Translations under genes and position numbers: made by a program | Notes under the pieces: model-generated | The model's input: the letters and a program-made list of their open reading frames with translations, nothing else | Database searches by the model: none | Told to the model about the DNA's origin: nothing | Shown here: piece by piece, positions 24,855 to 37,608 of the stretch | Layout: every line of letters begins with the position of its first letter | Numbering within the stretch: position 1 is the first letter of the stretch | Assembly (NCBI RefSeq): GCF_001194135.2 | Contig: NC_068990.1 | Span: 24,957,959 to 25,021,958, forward strand | Direction: 5' to 3' | Source of the DNA: Octopus bimaculoides | Lineage: Eukaryota | DNA: 64,000 nucleotides

Positions 24855-26147
24855 GGAATTAAATATAAGCCATTTCCAATAATGAGATGAGAGATATAAA
24901 TTGAAAAACTTGAAAAAACCATATGGAAACATTTAGTAAATGAAAAGTATAAAGTGTTACGAAAAGATGTGGCTTGAATTTGAGTTTCAAAACTGAAGTC
25001 TTTAAAGAAATTAAAAACCAAAAATTGGAAGGTTCTAGTTCCAAGTCACAGAGGGGTTTCATTACATCACTCATATTCCATGTTTAAAATTCTTTGAAGA
25101 TAAGGGTAGCCCTATCTCTATGGGGTCATATTTAATTGGGTTTCAATTCAGGAATATATATATATATGTATGTATGTACAAGGTTTCTAATGGGCTTTAA
25201 ATGTTGTGGTTGAAACTAAAAGATGGAAATATGTGATAATATTTTGAATAGAGATATAGAGTTTAATATGGTATATTTGCAATTAAACTATTATTATTTT
25301 ATCACCATTACCTGTAAACAAAAAAAAATAATTTGTAATAAATAAAAATCTATTTTTATTTCCTATTTTTAATTCATGGCATTTAAATTTTGAGGGTATT
25401 TCTCCCAAATTATATAGTTTATTTTTCCTAACTCAAAGTAATTTACATAGTAATGCATCTGGAGAAAATTGGTTAACCAAACAGAGGACCATACTCATTT
25501 AGCATAATATAAATAAAAGAATACATTTTATTAGTATATATAGTGAAAGAAAATTTTGTGGTGAAATCTGTGATTTTAAAATATCTGAAAAATTTGAAAT
25601 GTATTCAACATTTTAAGTGCTATGCTTCTGTTTTCAGGTGATTTCATTTACTATGAAAAGTCATTTAAGCATAAGAAATGACTTAACAACATAATTTGAC
25701 TGTCCAATGAATACTAGGTCAAACCACTTCTATCATGATATACCTTCAAATTCCACCATAAGATTCATTTCACAAAGTTCCCCAACCAGGTAAGGACATG
25801 GGGGAAAAACATTAAATACAGCAATGTTCTAAAATGATAAATTAAACTATTCTTGTATGAATGATGATTTCAAATATAGTTTTCAATTAAACTCCTTCCC
25901 TTACATTAGAAATACTTCCAGTATATTCTAAAGTCATAGACCTCATATCTTATTGTATTTAAAACTAAACTTATTTTTTGTAACTGTTACTTTCAGAAAC
26001 CTTTTGTATTTTATGTGCAAAGTAACTCAAATGTGGACGGGTGGTACACCAAATAACACAGTGGAATTGTTTACAGCTCTGTTGACATCTTTGAATAATG
26101 CTTTTCTTAGCTTTATTGAAATAGATTCTTTCATTTTTTTTTTTTGT

Positions 26148-26181
26148 TTATCTGTGTGATGTTGTCAAAGGTGTGTCAGTA

Positions 26182-26214
<33 letters not shown>

Positions 26215-26258
26215 CCACTACCACTAGGAATTGGCGCCGGAACATGGAAAAAATACAG
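26148..26258 (-). CDS. YIPF1: YIPF1 exon 9, terminal (LYFFHVPAPIPSGSG-T12-DTPLTTSHR*)
   Basis: ttttctcttttgcag acceptor; YFF matches the YIPF1 C-terminus; TAA at 26148-26150; AATAAA on minus at 26112-26117. Total CDS 942 nt = 313 aa plus stop. Confidence 0.93.
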
Positions 26259-28866
26259 CTGCAAAAGAGAAAATTTTAATTCACATTTAATAATTCCTTC
26301 AGAATATTTTATTCATTTCTATTGAATGAAAGGACTAATTACAGAAAGTAAAGAATCTTTCTAAAAATAAATCAAAAGGAAATAATTTGGAGATTGAAGA
26401 TTAGNNNNNNNNNNNNNNNNNNNNNNNNNNNNNNNNNNNNNNNNNNNNNNNNNNNNNNNNNNNNNNNNNNNNNNNNNNNNNNNNNNNNNNNNNNNNNNNN
26501 NNNNNNNNNNNNNTACATATTTTACTTGACTAACATATTTATTAAGCAGAATCTCAATCAAATCAAAATCAAAATGGAAATTGTAGTTGTGGCCGATGCC
26601 AATGCCACTTGACTGGCTCCTGTACTGGTAGCATGCAATAAGCACCATTCATGTGTGGGTCATTGCCAGTACCACCCGACTGGCTCCCTGTGCCAGTGGC
26701 ATGTAAAAAGCACCATCTGAATGTGGTCGATGCCAGTTCGCCCGCCCCCCACTGGCTCCTGTGCCGGTAGCACATAAAAAGCACCATTTGAACGTGGTTG
26801 ATGCCATTGCCACCCGACTGGCTTCCATGCCAGTGGCACATAAAAATCACCCACTACACTCTCAGAGTGGTTGGCATTAGGAAGGGCATCCAGGTGTAGA
26901 AACACTGCTAGATCAGATTGGAGCCTGGTGCAGCTTCCTGGCTTGCTTGCCAGTCCCCAGTCAAACCATCCAACCCATGCCAGCATGGAAAACGGACGCT
27001 AAATGATGATGATGATGATGATGTATTGTAGCAGAAACAGGAGATAGAAGAATGTGACTTGAGGGAACATTGGCTACTATATCTGACTAATATATAGAGG
27101 TGTCACTTGACAGTACATGCATACATATAAACATATATAAGACAGTACGGGGATATTTCTAACAGGTGTAACTGCAATGTATCTCATTGGTATGTGTGTA
27201 CGTATGTACGCACGCACGCATGCACGCACACACACACACACAACAATAGAAATAGTACTATGTGACTTGAGAGTGATTTAGCAATTTTTTCTAGCAGGTT
27301 GTGCTACCACAAAGACATCTATCTTGGCTCACATAGACATATGATACAACATTACATACATACATATATATATATATCATCATCATCATTGTTTAACGTC
27401 CGCTTTCCATGCTAGCATGGGCTGGATGATTTGACTGAGGACAACAAAAAATGAAACAAGAACATAACAGGTGACAACAAAATAGCCAGACAGTTAGACG
27501 ATACAAAAAAGGACAGGATAAAACAAGGATGAGTCATTTAGAGCTTTCTATCCTCAGTCGAGTTCCAGATTATCTCAGCAGTTTCAGTCGGTTACACTCG
27601 AGACTGCTCCAATCTGGCCGGCCCCAAGAAAATCTAAGCTAAGAGCACTAGATTCCTTGGAAGAAAACAAGCAAATGTATACGAAAACAAGGATGGAAAA
27701 AACAGAGAAATGGTACACAATTATAAATACAAACAACAGGACATTAACAACAGGTGTCTTTCAACTAAGGATGAATTAAATTAAGCTGGTATGTGTGGAA
27801 GTGAAGTCTTACGGCAGGGACATAGGAGATGAAAGTCATATATATATATATGTATATATATCTTTTAGCTTTTACTTGTTTCACTCATTAGGCTGTGGTG
27901 ATGCTGGAGCACAGCCATGGACCATGTGGTAAGAAGTTTGATTTCAGGTTCAGTCCTACTGCAAGGCACCTTGGGCAGACCAAAGCTTTGCGAGTAAATT
28001 TAGTCGATGGAAACTGAAAGAAGCCCATCACATATACATTGTTGCCGTGTATTATATAAGAATGGATGTGAGTATATTCTTATATAATGCAGGGCAACCA
28101 TGTATTACTTGTGTAGTAAAACCTGTCCCTCTACCATACTTTGACCTTATAACAACTGTCAGAAAGCCACCTCCATCTCTACTACACCCCCAGCGCAGTC
28201 AAAGGAGTATTTTCTTTGTCTTGCAAGGGACTGGTGACCTCACTAGTTACCAGTTTCATCAAAAAAGCACCAGTACACACTATAAAGTGGCTGGTGTTAA
28301 GAAAAGCATCCAGCCATAGAAACCATGCCAAAGCAGACATTGGAACTCAACACAGGTCCTCTGGCTTGTTGGAGCATGTTGTAATTCATTGCCAATATGG
28401 AAGGAGTATGTTAAATGATGATGATAATCTTCCATAGAGAGGAAGAGTGAGAGAAGAAAAATTAAAGAGAGATTGAAGGAGGAAGAAAAAAAGTTTGATG
28501 TTACACAAACATATTTTAGAATCATTAACTCACCCCGCCACTCACTGCAACTTTCTCTGCATCAATTTGTTACCTATACTGCTTCAACTTTCTATTTTAC
28601 TTTTCGTACAGCAGGGTGTGGTTTGAAGGGGATTTGACTGTTATTTCTCAAAATAAATGCTAGGACTTGTTTTGTAGTTCTGAATCCAAGGAAGACATGT
28701 AATCACTTGGAAAATTTTGTCAAAAATACATTGACCTCCAGTGCTTATTCATAAGTCTAGTACTTATTCTATTCTCTTTTATTTAACCACTAATTTATGG
28801 GACATAAACAACCAACAATGGTTGTAAAGCATTGAGCAAATACAAATACACACGCACACACACACA

Positions 28867-28910
<44 letters not shown>

Positions 28911-29310
28911 TCTACACAGTGTCTGTCAACCAAATTCACTCAAGGTATTGGTTAGCCCAGGGCTATAGAAGAAGAGACTCGCCCAAGGTGTCACATAGTG
29001 GAACTGAACCTGAAACCACATGATTACAAAGTGAGTTTCTTAACCACACAATCATGCCTGTGCCAATGAGATAAAGAAATTTTAAAACATTTAAATTTTC
29101 ATTACACTTTCAACTGAAACAGAAAGGGACGTATTTGTCACCTGATTTTTTAAATATATTTGATGTATTTCTTAACATTTTCAAATGGTTTTTCACATGT
29201 ATTATCAAGCAATTAAAACATCCACATTTGAACAGTATTTAATTTGAGTATTTCAAATATAAAGTCGATTTGAGTAGAAATATATTTCTCAATAATAAAA
29301 GTGAACTTAC

Positions 29311-29373
29311 CACAAATCCCACAGCCAGCAGAGCATGAAACAACAGTATCAAAAACATAGCACCCCAGGCAAT
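29311..29373 (-). CDS. YIPF1: YIPF1 exon 8 (IAWGAMFLILLFHALLAVGFV)
   Basis: Last TM helix with the conserved H-x-LL-x-VG pattern; cag acceptor and gtaagt donor; 63 nt. Confidence 0.95.
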
Positions 29374-30477
29374 CTGTGAATTAGAAACAACTCTTTAATC
29401 AGCAATCAAATTTTATATTAACACATTTATAACATGTACAATCAATTATTGTTCAGAGAACAAAATACGTAAGGTTTCTATTCAGAGTGTGTGTGTACGC
29501 GTGCGTGCTTGTGATGAGAGGGAGAGAGTTAGTTAATGAAGGTTGGAAGTTCAAAATATTAATTTTATGTCTAATTAATATGGGTTTGAAATTTTGGCAC
29601 AAGGCTACCAATTTCAGGGGAGGGAGTAAGTTAATTACACCAACCCCAGTATTCAACTGGTACATATCCATGAAGGGATAAAAGGGAAAGTCAACCTCAG
29701 TGGAATTTGAACTCAAAATGCAAAGACAGACGAAATGTCACTCGGTATTTTGCCCAGCATGGTAACGATTCTGCCAGCTCACCACCTTATGTTAAGTTAA
29801 TATTAACGAACATTTAGACATTAAAAAACATATGTTAATTCATCATCATCATCGTTTTAACGTCCACTGTTCCATGTTCACATCGGTTAGCTAGAATTTG
29901 TTGACGCAGATTTTCCTATGTCTGGATGCCTTTCTTGTAGTCAACCTATCACCTTCCCACTCTGTCCTCCCCAGCATTTTACTTAATGACTTTTGACACA
30001 AATCTCTTCCCTTCTCTCTGTTCCCTGCCATACTCCCTCTCCCAGTTAGTGTCCACCCTCCACTACCTCCCTGTTGTAATTATAAATCTGTTCCTGTCAT
30101 CTTTACTCTCCCTTACCACCCTGCTTAAAATCCTCACACATTCTCATTCTCTCTTGCCTCAGTTATAGGAGCCACTTTAAGCCCTTAATTTTGCAAGCTA
30201 CCAGTATGTTATCATTAGTGCTGGTGTCTCAAAAAAAGCACTGAGTGCACTCTGCAAAGTGGTTAGTATTACGAAGGGCATCTAACCATAGAAACCATGC
30301 CAAAGCAGACATTGGAACATGATACAGTCTTGTGACTTGTCAGATCCTATTGAACCATCCAACTCAGGGCAGTAAGGAAGACAGCTGTTAAATGATGATG
30401 GTGATGATGATAAATGTATGAGTTTTATAAATCCATTAAAAGGTTTACAAAATTTAATCAGCAAATGCATAGTTTAC

Positions 30478-30597
30478 CTTTTTCTCATCTTCTCTAACAG
30501 CAGGCCAGAAAGTAAAGAGTAACACCCCTCCAGACAGGGAAGCACCAATGATTACCAATAACCACTGAAACCAGTTTATTTGTACAACCCAAAGTAT
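30478..30597 (-). CDS. YIPF1: YIPF1 exon 7 (ILWVVQINWFQWLLVIIGASLSGGVLLFTFWPAVREDEKK)
   Basis: TFWPAVRED matches YIPF1; 120 nt, phase 0 to 0; tttttccag acceptor and gtaaac donor. Confidence 0.96.
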
Positions 30598-31201
30598 CTG
30601 GAAAAAAAAAAAAACTCAATAAATTAAAGTACATAATTATAATAAAAGAAATACAAAAGCAATTTGGAATCAGGAAAATCAATTCCTACACTCTTATAAC
30701 CTCTAACCACCCACACTTCCTGTTCTCTCGTTCGCATCCACTTCTATTCACCTTGTACTTTGAAGGCCCATCCTGACACTTCATTACCACAACAATTTTT
30801 ATATCTTTCAAGTTTCATCTTAGCCACTTCCATCCTCTCTTCTATAATGCGAGCAGCTCTGTAGCTCCTCTATAGCAAGAAGTCTCTTCTGTCCCACTTT
30901 AAACCCCTCATCCCATAACATAAAGCCACCTCTTGCTCTCTCTCTCTCTCTCTTTCCCTCTACTGTAGCTCTACTCAGTTGCATGGCGACCTCACTAGAG
31001 CTGGTGCCATGAAAAAAGCACCCAGTATAGAAGGGTATCCAGCCATAGAATCTATGTCAAAGCAGACATTGGAATATTATGCAGTCTTCAGACATGTTGG
31101 ATCCTGTCAAAGCATCATATTATCATTCAGCAAGGATAACTGTATGCACCAAAATGCAAATAAAACTATTTCTATTGCAATGGTTGCTACTGCTCATTTA
31201 A

Positions 31202-31420
31202 CCCTTTTGCATTTAAACCAGCCATATCCAGCCCAAGTATTCTACTTGTTTTATTTTCAAACTGGCCAGATCCAGCCTATCAGATCTAACTTTCAATGCC
31301 ATTATAAAATATACAACCACATCATCATAATTTCGAAGCTACAAAATAATGCATGATTAATTAACAGCAATGTTAATGAAGAAGTATGACATTTGATAGA
31401 ATAATCTGAGTGCTAAAGGG
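31202..31420. mobile_element. piggyBac-type MITE
   Basis: TTAA|CCCTTTTGCA ... TGCTAAAGGG|TTAA with perfect TTAA duplication. Confidence 0.85.
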
Positions 31421-31424
31421 TTAA

Positions 31425-31629
31425 TGACCCACCTGAAACCACTTCTGGTTCTATAATGCAATCTCCCTGTTTTAAAGTGATCTGCATTGAACTTCCATTA
31501 AAGTTTTACGTTAATTTGTTCCAAATATCAGCTTAATGATGACAGTTGTTTTATTAAATTCTTCATTATTTTCAAAATTAAATAAAACAAGAGACCGTGT
31601 ATTTCAACAGAAATATAGTGACAAGAGGG
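31425..31629. mobile_element. piggyBac-type MITE lacking its left TIR
   Basis: Ends AGAGGG|TTAA; internal sequence like 31717-31936, 14900-15110 and 42900-43010. Confidence 0.6.
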
Positions 31630-31716
31630 TTAATTGAGTTGTAGACATAACAACAGCTATAAGTTAAACATATCTACAAATTTCTGCATGGTCATGAGAA
31701 ACCACATGCTACTTCA

Positions 31717-31936
31717 CCCTTTTGTTACCAACCCAGCTGAAACTGGCTCTGGTTCTGAGTACAAATGTCTTGTTTTCATAAATTTTGAATTAAAATCTTC
31801 CACCAAATCTTGGTCACAATTTATGTTCCTAACACTAGCTGAATGATAAATAAGTTATTTTACTAAATTCTTTGTTATATTTAAAGTAATTGAAAGAAAC
31901 ACAAAGCATCTCAGAAAAAATACAGTAATGAAAGGG
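31717..31936. mobile_element. piggyBac-type MITE
   Basis: TTCA|CCCTTTTGTTAC ... GTAATGAAAGGG|TTAA. Confidence 0.75.
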
Positions 31937-32064
31937 TTAAAGGTAGAGAAGACCATTGGTACTACTTTAAGAATGGTACTAAAAAAGAAGAAAAGATGTC
32001 ATAATAAAACTAATACATTTTGAGATAAGTGGTCTGTTTGTAACAGGAAGTTTATGTCACTTAC

Positions 32065-32219
32065 AGAAATAGGTATGTAAATAGCCAACGAATATCCATA
32101 AACACTGATCATTTCCAGGAAACTGTAGCCAGCACTACTTCCTCTCCACCATAATAATCCAAATAACATTGTTGGGATTATCCACCAATAACTAAATATT
32201 GCAGTTGCAGCAAAAGTCA
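32065..32219 (-). CDS. YIPF1: YIPF1 exon 6 (TFAATAIFSYWWIIPTMLFGLLWWRGSSAGYSFLEMISVYGYSLAIYIPIS)
   Basis: YSFLE..VYGYSL.IYIP motif of the Yip1 domain; atttcag acceptor and gtaagt donor. Confidence 0.97.
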
Positions 32220-32942
32220 CTGAAATAAGGAATAAAAAGAAACGTTACTTTCTTCTGCACTTCTCATGTTAATATTTTCTTATTGTGTTTTCAAAGCATT
32301 TCTTTTTGTAGTTAATTCAAATGAATCTATTATAAATAGCAATTCTGGACATGGGGAGGATCTGAACTAAGAAATATAGGATATAAAATTAGATAATAAG
32401 ACTATAAAGCAATTAAGTTCTGTTCTTTATACCATTACACAAAGTAGTGGTGGCCAATTTTGTAGGAGACAAGTCAACTTTACCTTTCTCTGTTTGAAAG
32501 CACAAACAACAAACTAGATTTCATAAAACATTTAACTTAAAAGTTGTTTGAATTTCTGAAGGTCAGCAGTTGAGAGTAAAATATAAGCAGAGAAAAGTGG
32601 GAAGAACAGATTTTTAAAGGGAGAGAGAGAGAGTGAGTTCTAGTGATGGGGGTGATTAGATAAAGATTTTAGGCAGAATGGGCCAGTAAGAGGAAATAGG
32701 ATTGAACCCAAAACCACACAGCCATGCTTGCCATTAATTTTATGTTTCCTCACTTTGAAACCTCAAGTAACAAATAACATGTTACAGCAAAAACATCTGA
32801 GTTTGCTAAGAAAGGGATAAAGGCAGCTCCATGGCTCAGGTTTCAAACCCATTACTGGCTGTGGAAGTCAAAGAAATATTAAAAAGTTCAGAATTTACTA
32901 AAAGACAATACTTAAAACTGAAAACAAATAATTATGAAATAC

Positions 32943-33056
32943 CTTTGTGGAAATCATATTGCCAATGGTAATTTTGTCCTTTCGATTGAAAATAATTAGC
33001 AAGATTACCAGCAATTGCAGTGGTGAATACTAAAGTTGTACATATCCAAAATGGAC
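32943..33056 (-). CDS. YIPF1: YIPF1 exon 5 (PFWICTTLVFTTAIAGNLANYFQSKGQNYHWQYDFHK)
   Basis: Completes the Yip1-domain DLYGPFWIC motif and TM1; phase 1 to 1; AG/GT boundaries. Not in the ORF track. Confidence 0.97.
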
Positions 33057-34700
33057 CTGGAAAGGTGAAGGAAAACATAACATATTACTCTCATAAATAA
33101 ACACATTAATTCCATTTTTGTGATTCAGTCAACACATAGCTAGGGCAAAGAATGTCCAGGATTTTGGTAAGACAGGTGTGGATTCGAGGATATTGTAAAT
33201 ACACCTTAATTTGAATAGAATTTTCTGCATCAAATTTCTAAAATATGTCACCAACTTTTAGGAAGTTCTCCCAGCTTTTGCAGCTGAGCCATATTACTTG
33301 ATAAAAATGTTTTTCTCTTCATAGATCTTACTGAAGTGAGTGAACTATTTGGGATGAGAAGCAGTGTTAGTGGTAAGGTGTATGTTGAGGTTTCTGTAGA
33401 CCTGTAATATATCATAAAACATAGATGCTTTCTAATGTGAAAGGGATTTTAAAAACCAATGCTTACCTCAGAGTTTATGGCATTAAGTATAGTGAGTAAT
33501 AAATCTCAGTCTAAATACGATGCAATCTGTCACAGGAAGCATTAACAAATGCTCTTGTATCAAATCATGACAGCTAACTGAACTGAGGCAATGTAGAATA
33601 ATATGTTCTGTTTAGAAACACTACAAAATGCCTGCAGTAGATTTGAACACCTGAGCTATAAGCAGGTAGTGCAATATTTAAAAAAATTACTGTAATGGAT
33701 GCTGGGAAGGGATATACTGGGATGCCTTCTGCATCAAAAATTAATAATAGCAAGTAGGCTCTAACACTGTGTGGTAAGCCCAAACAATTTTAATTTATTA
33801 GAAAGACATCCCAAGTAATGATTAAAAAAAATCATTATCATGAATGACTAATTCTATTTAAGAAGAGCAAGGGAGATAACTCCAGAATTAATCCTAATTC
33901 ACAGACAAATGTTACATGCTTCAGTCTTTTTAGGCCTCATTAATAATGCATTATCTACATATTACTACAAAGGATTAAACTGACATATCTATTTAGGCAT
34001 CTTGCTATTATTCTAATGATTATCAAGTTATGATTAAGAACACATTTGAATATGTAGTATCGATTATCTGCAAACAAAAGCATTATATCTATAACAATGT
34101 AATATTTACTTAATTTTGAATAAAACTAACATTCAAAACTGGTTTCAAATATTTAAATAAAAATATAAACAGACTCCAAATATTTGAAATCTTTTTGTAA
34201 ATTAGTGAATGGAAGAGGTCAGTCCTCATGATCTTTGTAGGCCCTTCTTATGCTATCATGTGGGACATCTGCAGTTTATTGTCTGTTAGAAAAACGCGAA
34301 CCAAGTGTGTGTGTCAAATGTTTGCAAACAGAGTGAATTCCATTAAATGTATCCAAAAGCCACATGGTGGTATTGCTATTAAATGTGGCTTAACCACAAC
34401 ATCTCACTCCAAAAAATGGGGAAAATACTCCTCTGTGGTATGTTATTTCAGCAGTAAAATAAGAGTGGTTGTTCTACTAGAAAAAGACAGGAATCTTAAA
34501 CAGAAATACATGTATGTCTGAATAAGCTTATGGTTCAGCAAACTTAGGATTGGTTAACAAGAAGAACAAGGGTGGAAATTGGTTGGGAATACTTTAAAAT
34601 TAACCATTTATTAGAAATATTAAAAAATAAATTTACTAATTAAAAGATTTGTTTAATAAAATACAAGAAATTGTAAAGAGGAAAAAACTTAATAACATAC

Positions 34701-34869
34701 CATACAAATCAGGATTTGGCCGAATCTGAGATTTTAAAAAGTTTCTTCTTGGATTTGGTGTCATAGATCCCATGATACGCCAAAACACTTGGTTGGAATC
34801 CACATCAAAAAATTGTTGATAATAATCAAACTTCCAAAATGGATAAAGTCGCTTTTCATCTTTCAGCAG
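34701..34869 (-). CDS. YIPF1: YIPF1 exon 4 (LLKDEKRLYPFWKFDYYQQFFDVDSNQVFWRIMGSMTPNPRRNFLKSQIRPNPDLY+G)
   Basis: Hallmark PFWxFxYYQxFFDVD and NPDLYG motifs of YIPF1/2; cag acceptor and gtatgt donor. Confidence 0.97.
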
Positions 34870-37483
34870 CTGAAAGTAGTTTGAAACAGCTATTATCATA
34901 AGATATTCCAATGAGAAGACAAAAGACAAACAGACAGAAACACAGCAACCCTATACACACACAGACCACACTTTTTTTTGTCTTCCAACCACCTTTTCTC
35001 ATTTTCTTTTTGTTTTTTTTTTTTGTCTTGATGAAGGACTAGTGTCTGAAAAATCAAGACTCCTTCCCCTCATTTTAAGTCTTAAACTAATACAACATTT
35101 GTTAAGACTTGCCCCTCCTATGTTGTCTTCTTTTGGTAACCATTGCCCAATATNNNNNNNNNNNNNNNNNNNNNNNNNNNNNNNNNNNNNNNNNNNNNNN
35201 NNNNNNNNNNNNNNNNNNNNNNNNNNNNNNNNNNNNNNNNNNNNNNNNNNNNNNNNNNNNNNNNNNNNNNNNNNNNNNNNNNNNNNNNNNNNNNNNNNNN
35301 NNNNNNNNNNNNNNNNNNNNNNNNNNNNNNNNNNNNNNNNNNNNNNNNNNNNNNNNNNNNNNNNNNNNNNNNNNNNNNNNNNNNNNNNNNNNNNNNNNNN
35401 NNNNNNNNNNNNNNNNNNNNNNNNNNNNNNNNNNNNNNNNNNNNNNNNNNNNNNNNNNNNNNNNNNNNNNNNNNNNNNNNNNNNNNNNNNNNNNNNNNNN
35501 NNNNNNNNNNNNNNNNNNNNNNNNNNNNNNNNNNNNNNNNNNNNNNNNNNNNNNNNNNNNNNNNNNNNNNNNNNNNNNNNNNNNNATATATATATATGGA
35601 ACCCAATTATATTACTTTTTATCTATTTTCATAGTATGATATCAGTTTAATCTCCTCTTTCATAGCCCTTAATCCCAAGATATTACCATTTCCAAATCAA
35701 GTTTTAAGTATTAGATTTAATCCATCAAGTTACATTAATTGTTTTCCATCAAATGTTGTAGATCTTCTCTTTTAATTGTTCCAAGTTTGCTCTTTGTATT
35801 GCATTGCATTACTGAGTAATAAATTAATTAACAAACATTTTATGGATAAATGTTTGTATATTTTAATAGGTATAGGTTGCTAAATTAGGAGGTTATCAGT
35901 CCAGTGGTTCATATCCTGTTACCAGCTCTGCTGAGGGTCTGTAGTTGAAACACTGAATGAATGTTGCAGTCATGCTTTACCATCATAATCAACAAGAGCA
36001 TTATAGTCTATCCTGTATGTTTAACCATTTTTAAGATGGTATGGTAGCATTTGTGAAAGATTTTGTAGCAATTTCTTGCAAATCACATATACCACAAAAC
36101 TAACAATAATTATTAACAGCATTATCAATCCTAAGAACAACAGCCACATCACACTTCAGGTCCCACTAACAATAACAAATAACAATCCCAGTTTGTAGCA
36201 CCAAGCAGACACCCTTATCAGACATGCTAGCATGGACAATTTGATAGGGTCTAACAGATCTAAAGACTGCATCATACGCCACCTACTACTGTCCACTTTG
36301 ACTATCATCGATATCTATGTGTCTATGGCTTGATGCCCTCCCTAATCTCAACCACTTTAGAGTATAGACAAGATTCTTTTTTTCATGCCATCAGTACTAG
36401 CATGTAGCTTATAAGACTGAACCCCAAGAGAAGCAATTTTATGCTACATGATGAGGGGTTAAAGTATGAGAAGGGGCCAGAGTAGAACAGGTTTCTTGAT
36501 GTAGAATGGTAACATAACTATTCACATTTTAGAAGAGAGGGTGTGGGTTAGGGTTACAAAACTAATTGAAACAAAAGCAGTATATTTCAACAGAAATGTG
36601 GTAATGTAAGGGTTAAGGCAGACTTCAACACTATTTTCTAAAATTAATATTATATGTGTCGATGACAAATATACACTAACATAAAAAGTGTGGAATATAT
36701 AGAAAATGTGTGGAGATATATCAATAGCTCTCACTGAATGTGTAATTATGTATAACATTTTTTTTTCATTTCGTTTTAGTGGAAAATGGAACACTTTCAT
36801 TGATATTAATAAGCTTATTGTACACAGTGCTCAGGTGCATTACAACTCGTCAGAAAAGGATAAAAATGGGGATGGAAAGCAGCAGTATGTCAAGTAAAGA
36901 CAGCAATGATAGTTAAAAGTACATGTATAGTACACACAGAAAAGTGGAGTCACGAAAAGGCAAGGTTGCATAGGCACTCCAGTAGTAATGTTGGTGAATT
37001 TTGGGAAACTACTCAATATACATTATACAAATTAAAACTTAGGCATTAAAAGAAACACATGCATACATAACTTCCCATATTTTAATATACTCCCTGCCAC
37101 AAAGAGAAAAAAAGCTGGCCTTGTTTCAATAAAAATAATATTTTGTAAGACTTAAAGCTGGCATATCATTGAAGTGTTCACGAATGATGAGAAAAAGATT
37201 TTGACAAACATAACTGAATAATCAATCAAAGAATTGATAGTAAACTGGTTAATAGTTAACCAATTAACAAATAATAAAGTGAAATTGAACCAGTGTGTGT
37301 GTTTATTATTGGCATAATGACCCTCCCTAGATACAACAAAATTTGTTTCAACATATGCACGGTGGTGCATCAGCATGGCCGCAGCTCTAAGCTGAAACTT
37401 AAAAAAAAAAAATAAAAAAAAAAAATATGTATTCACATCATGAATCTAGCAAATCAAATACAAAAACGAAATAAATTATACAC

Positions 37484-37608
37484 CTCAGTTTTATCTCCTT
37501 CTTCTTCATCAGATTCTGCAGAATGAGGAAAGTTGGAAAATGTGTGTGTCTGCGCTTTCTCCATATCTATGTCATCTTTCCTTGATCCTGACAGACTATG
37601 ATCAATAT
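37484..37608 (-). CDS. YIPF1: YIPF1 exon 3 (..IDHSLSGSRKDDIDMEKAQTHTFSNFPHSAESDEEEGDKTE)
   Basis: tttttcag acceptor and gtgtat donor; acidic stretch ending DKTE precedes LL as in YIPF1 (SDKTELL). Confidence 0.9.

Noticed and set aside
26585-26860. CRISPR-like repeat/spacer appearance
   Set aside because: The whole unit including the apparent spacer is repeated, it is part of an RTE 3' UTR present many times, the context is eukaryotic and there are no cas genes.
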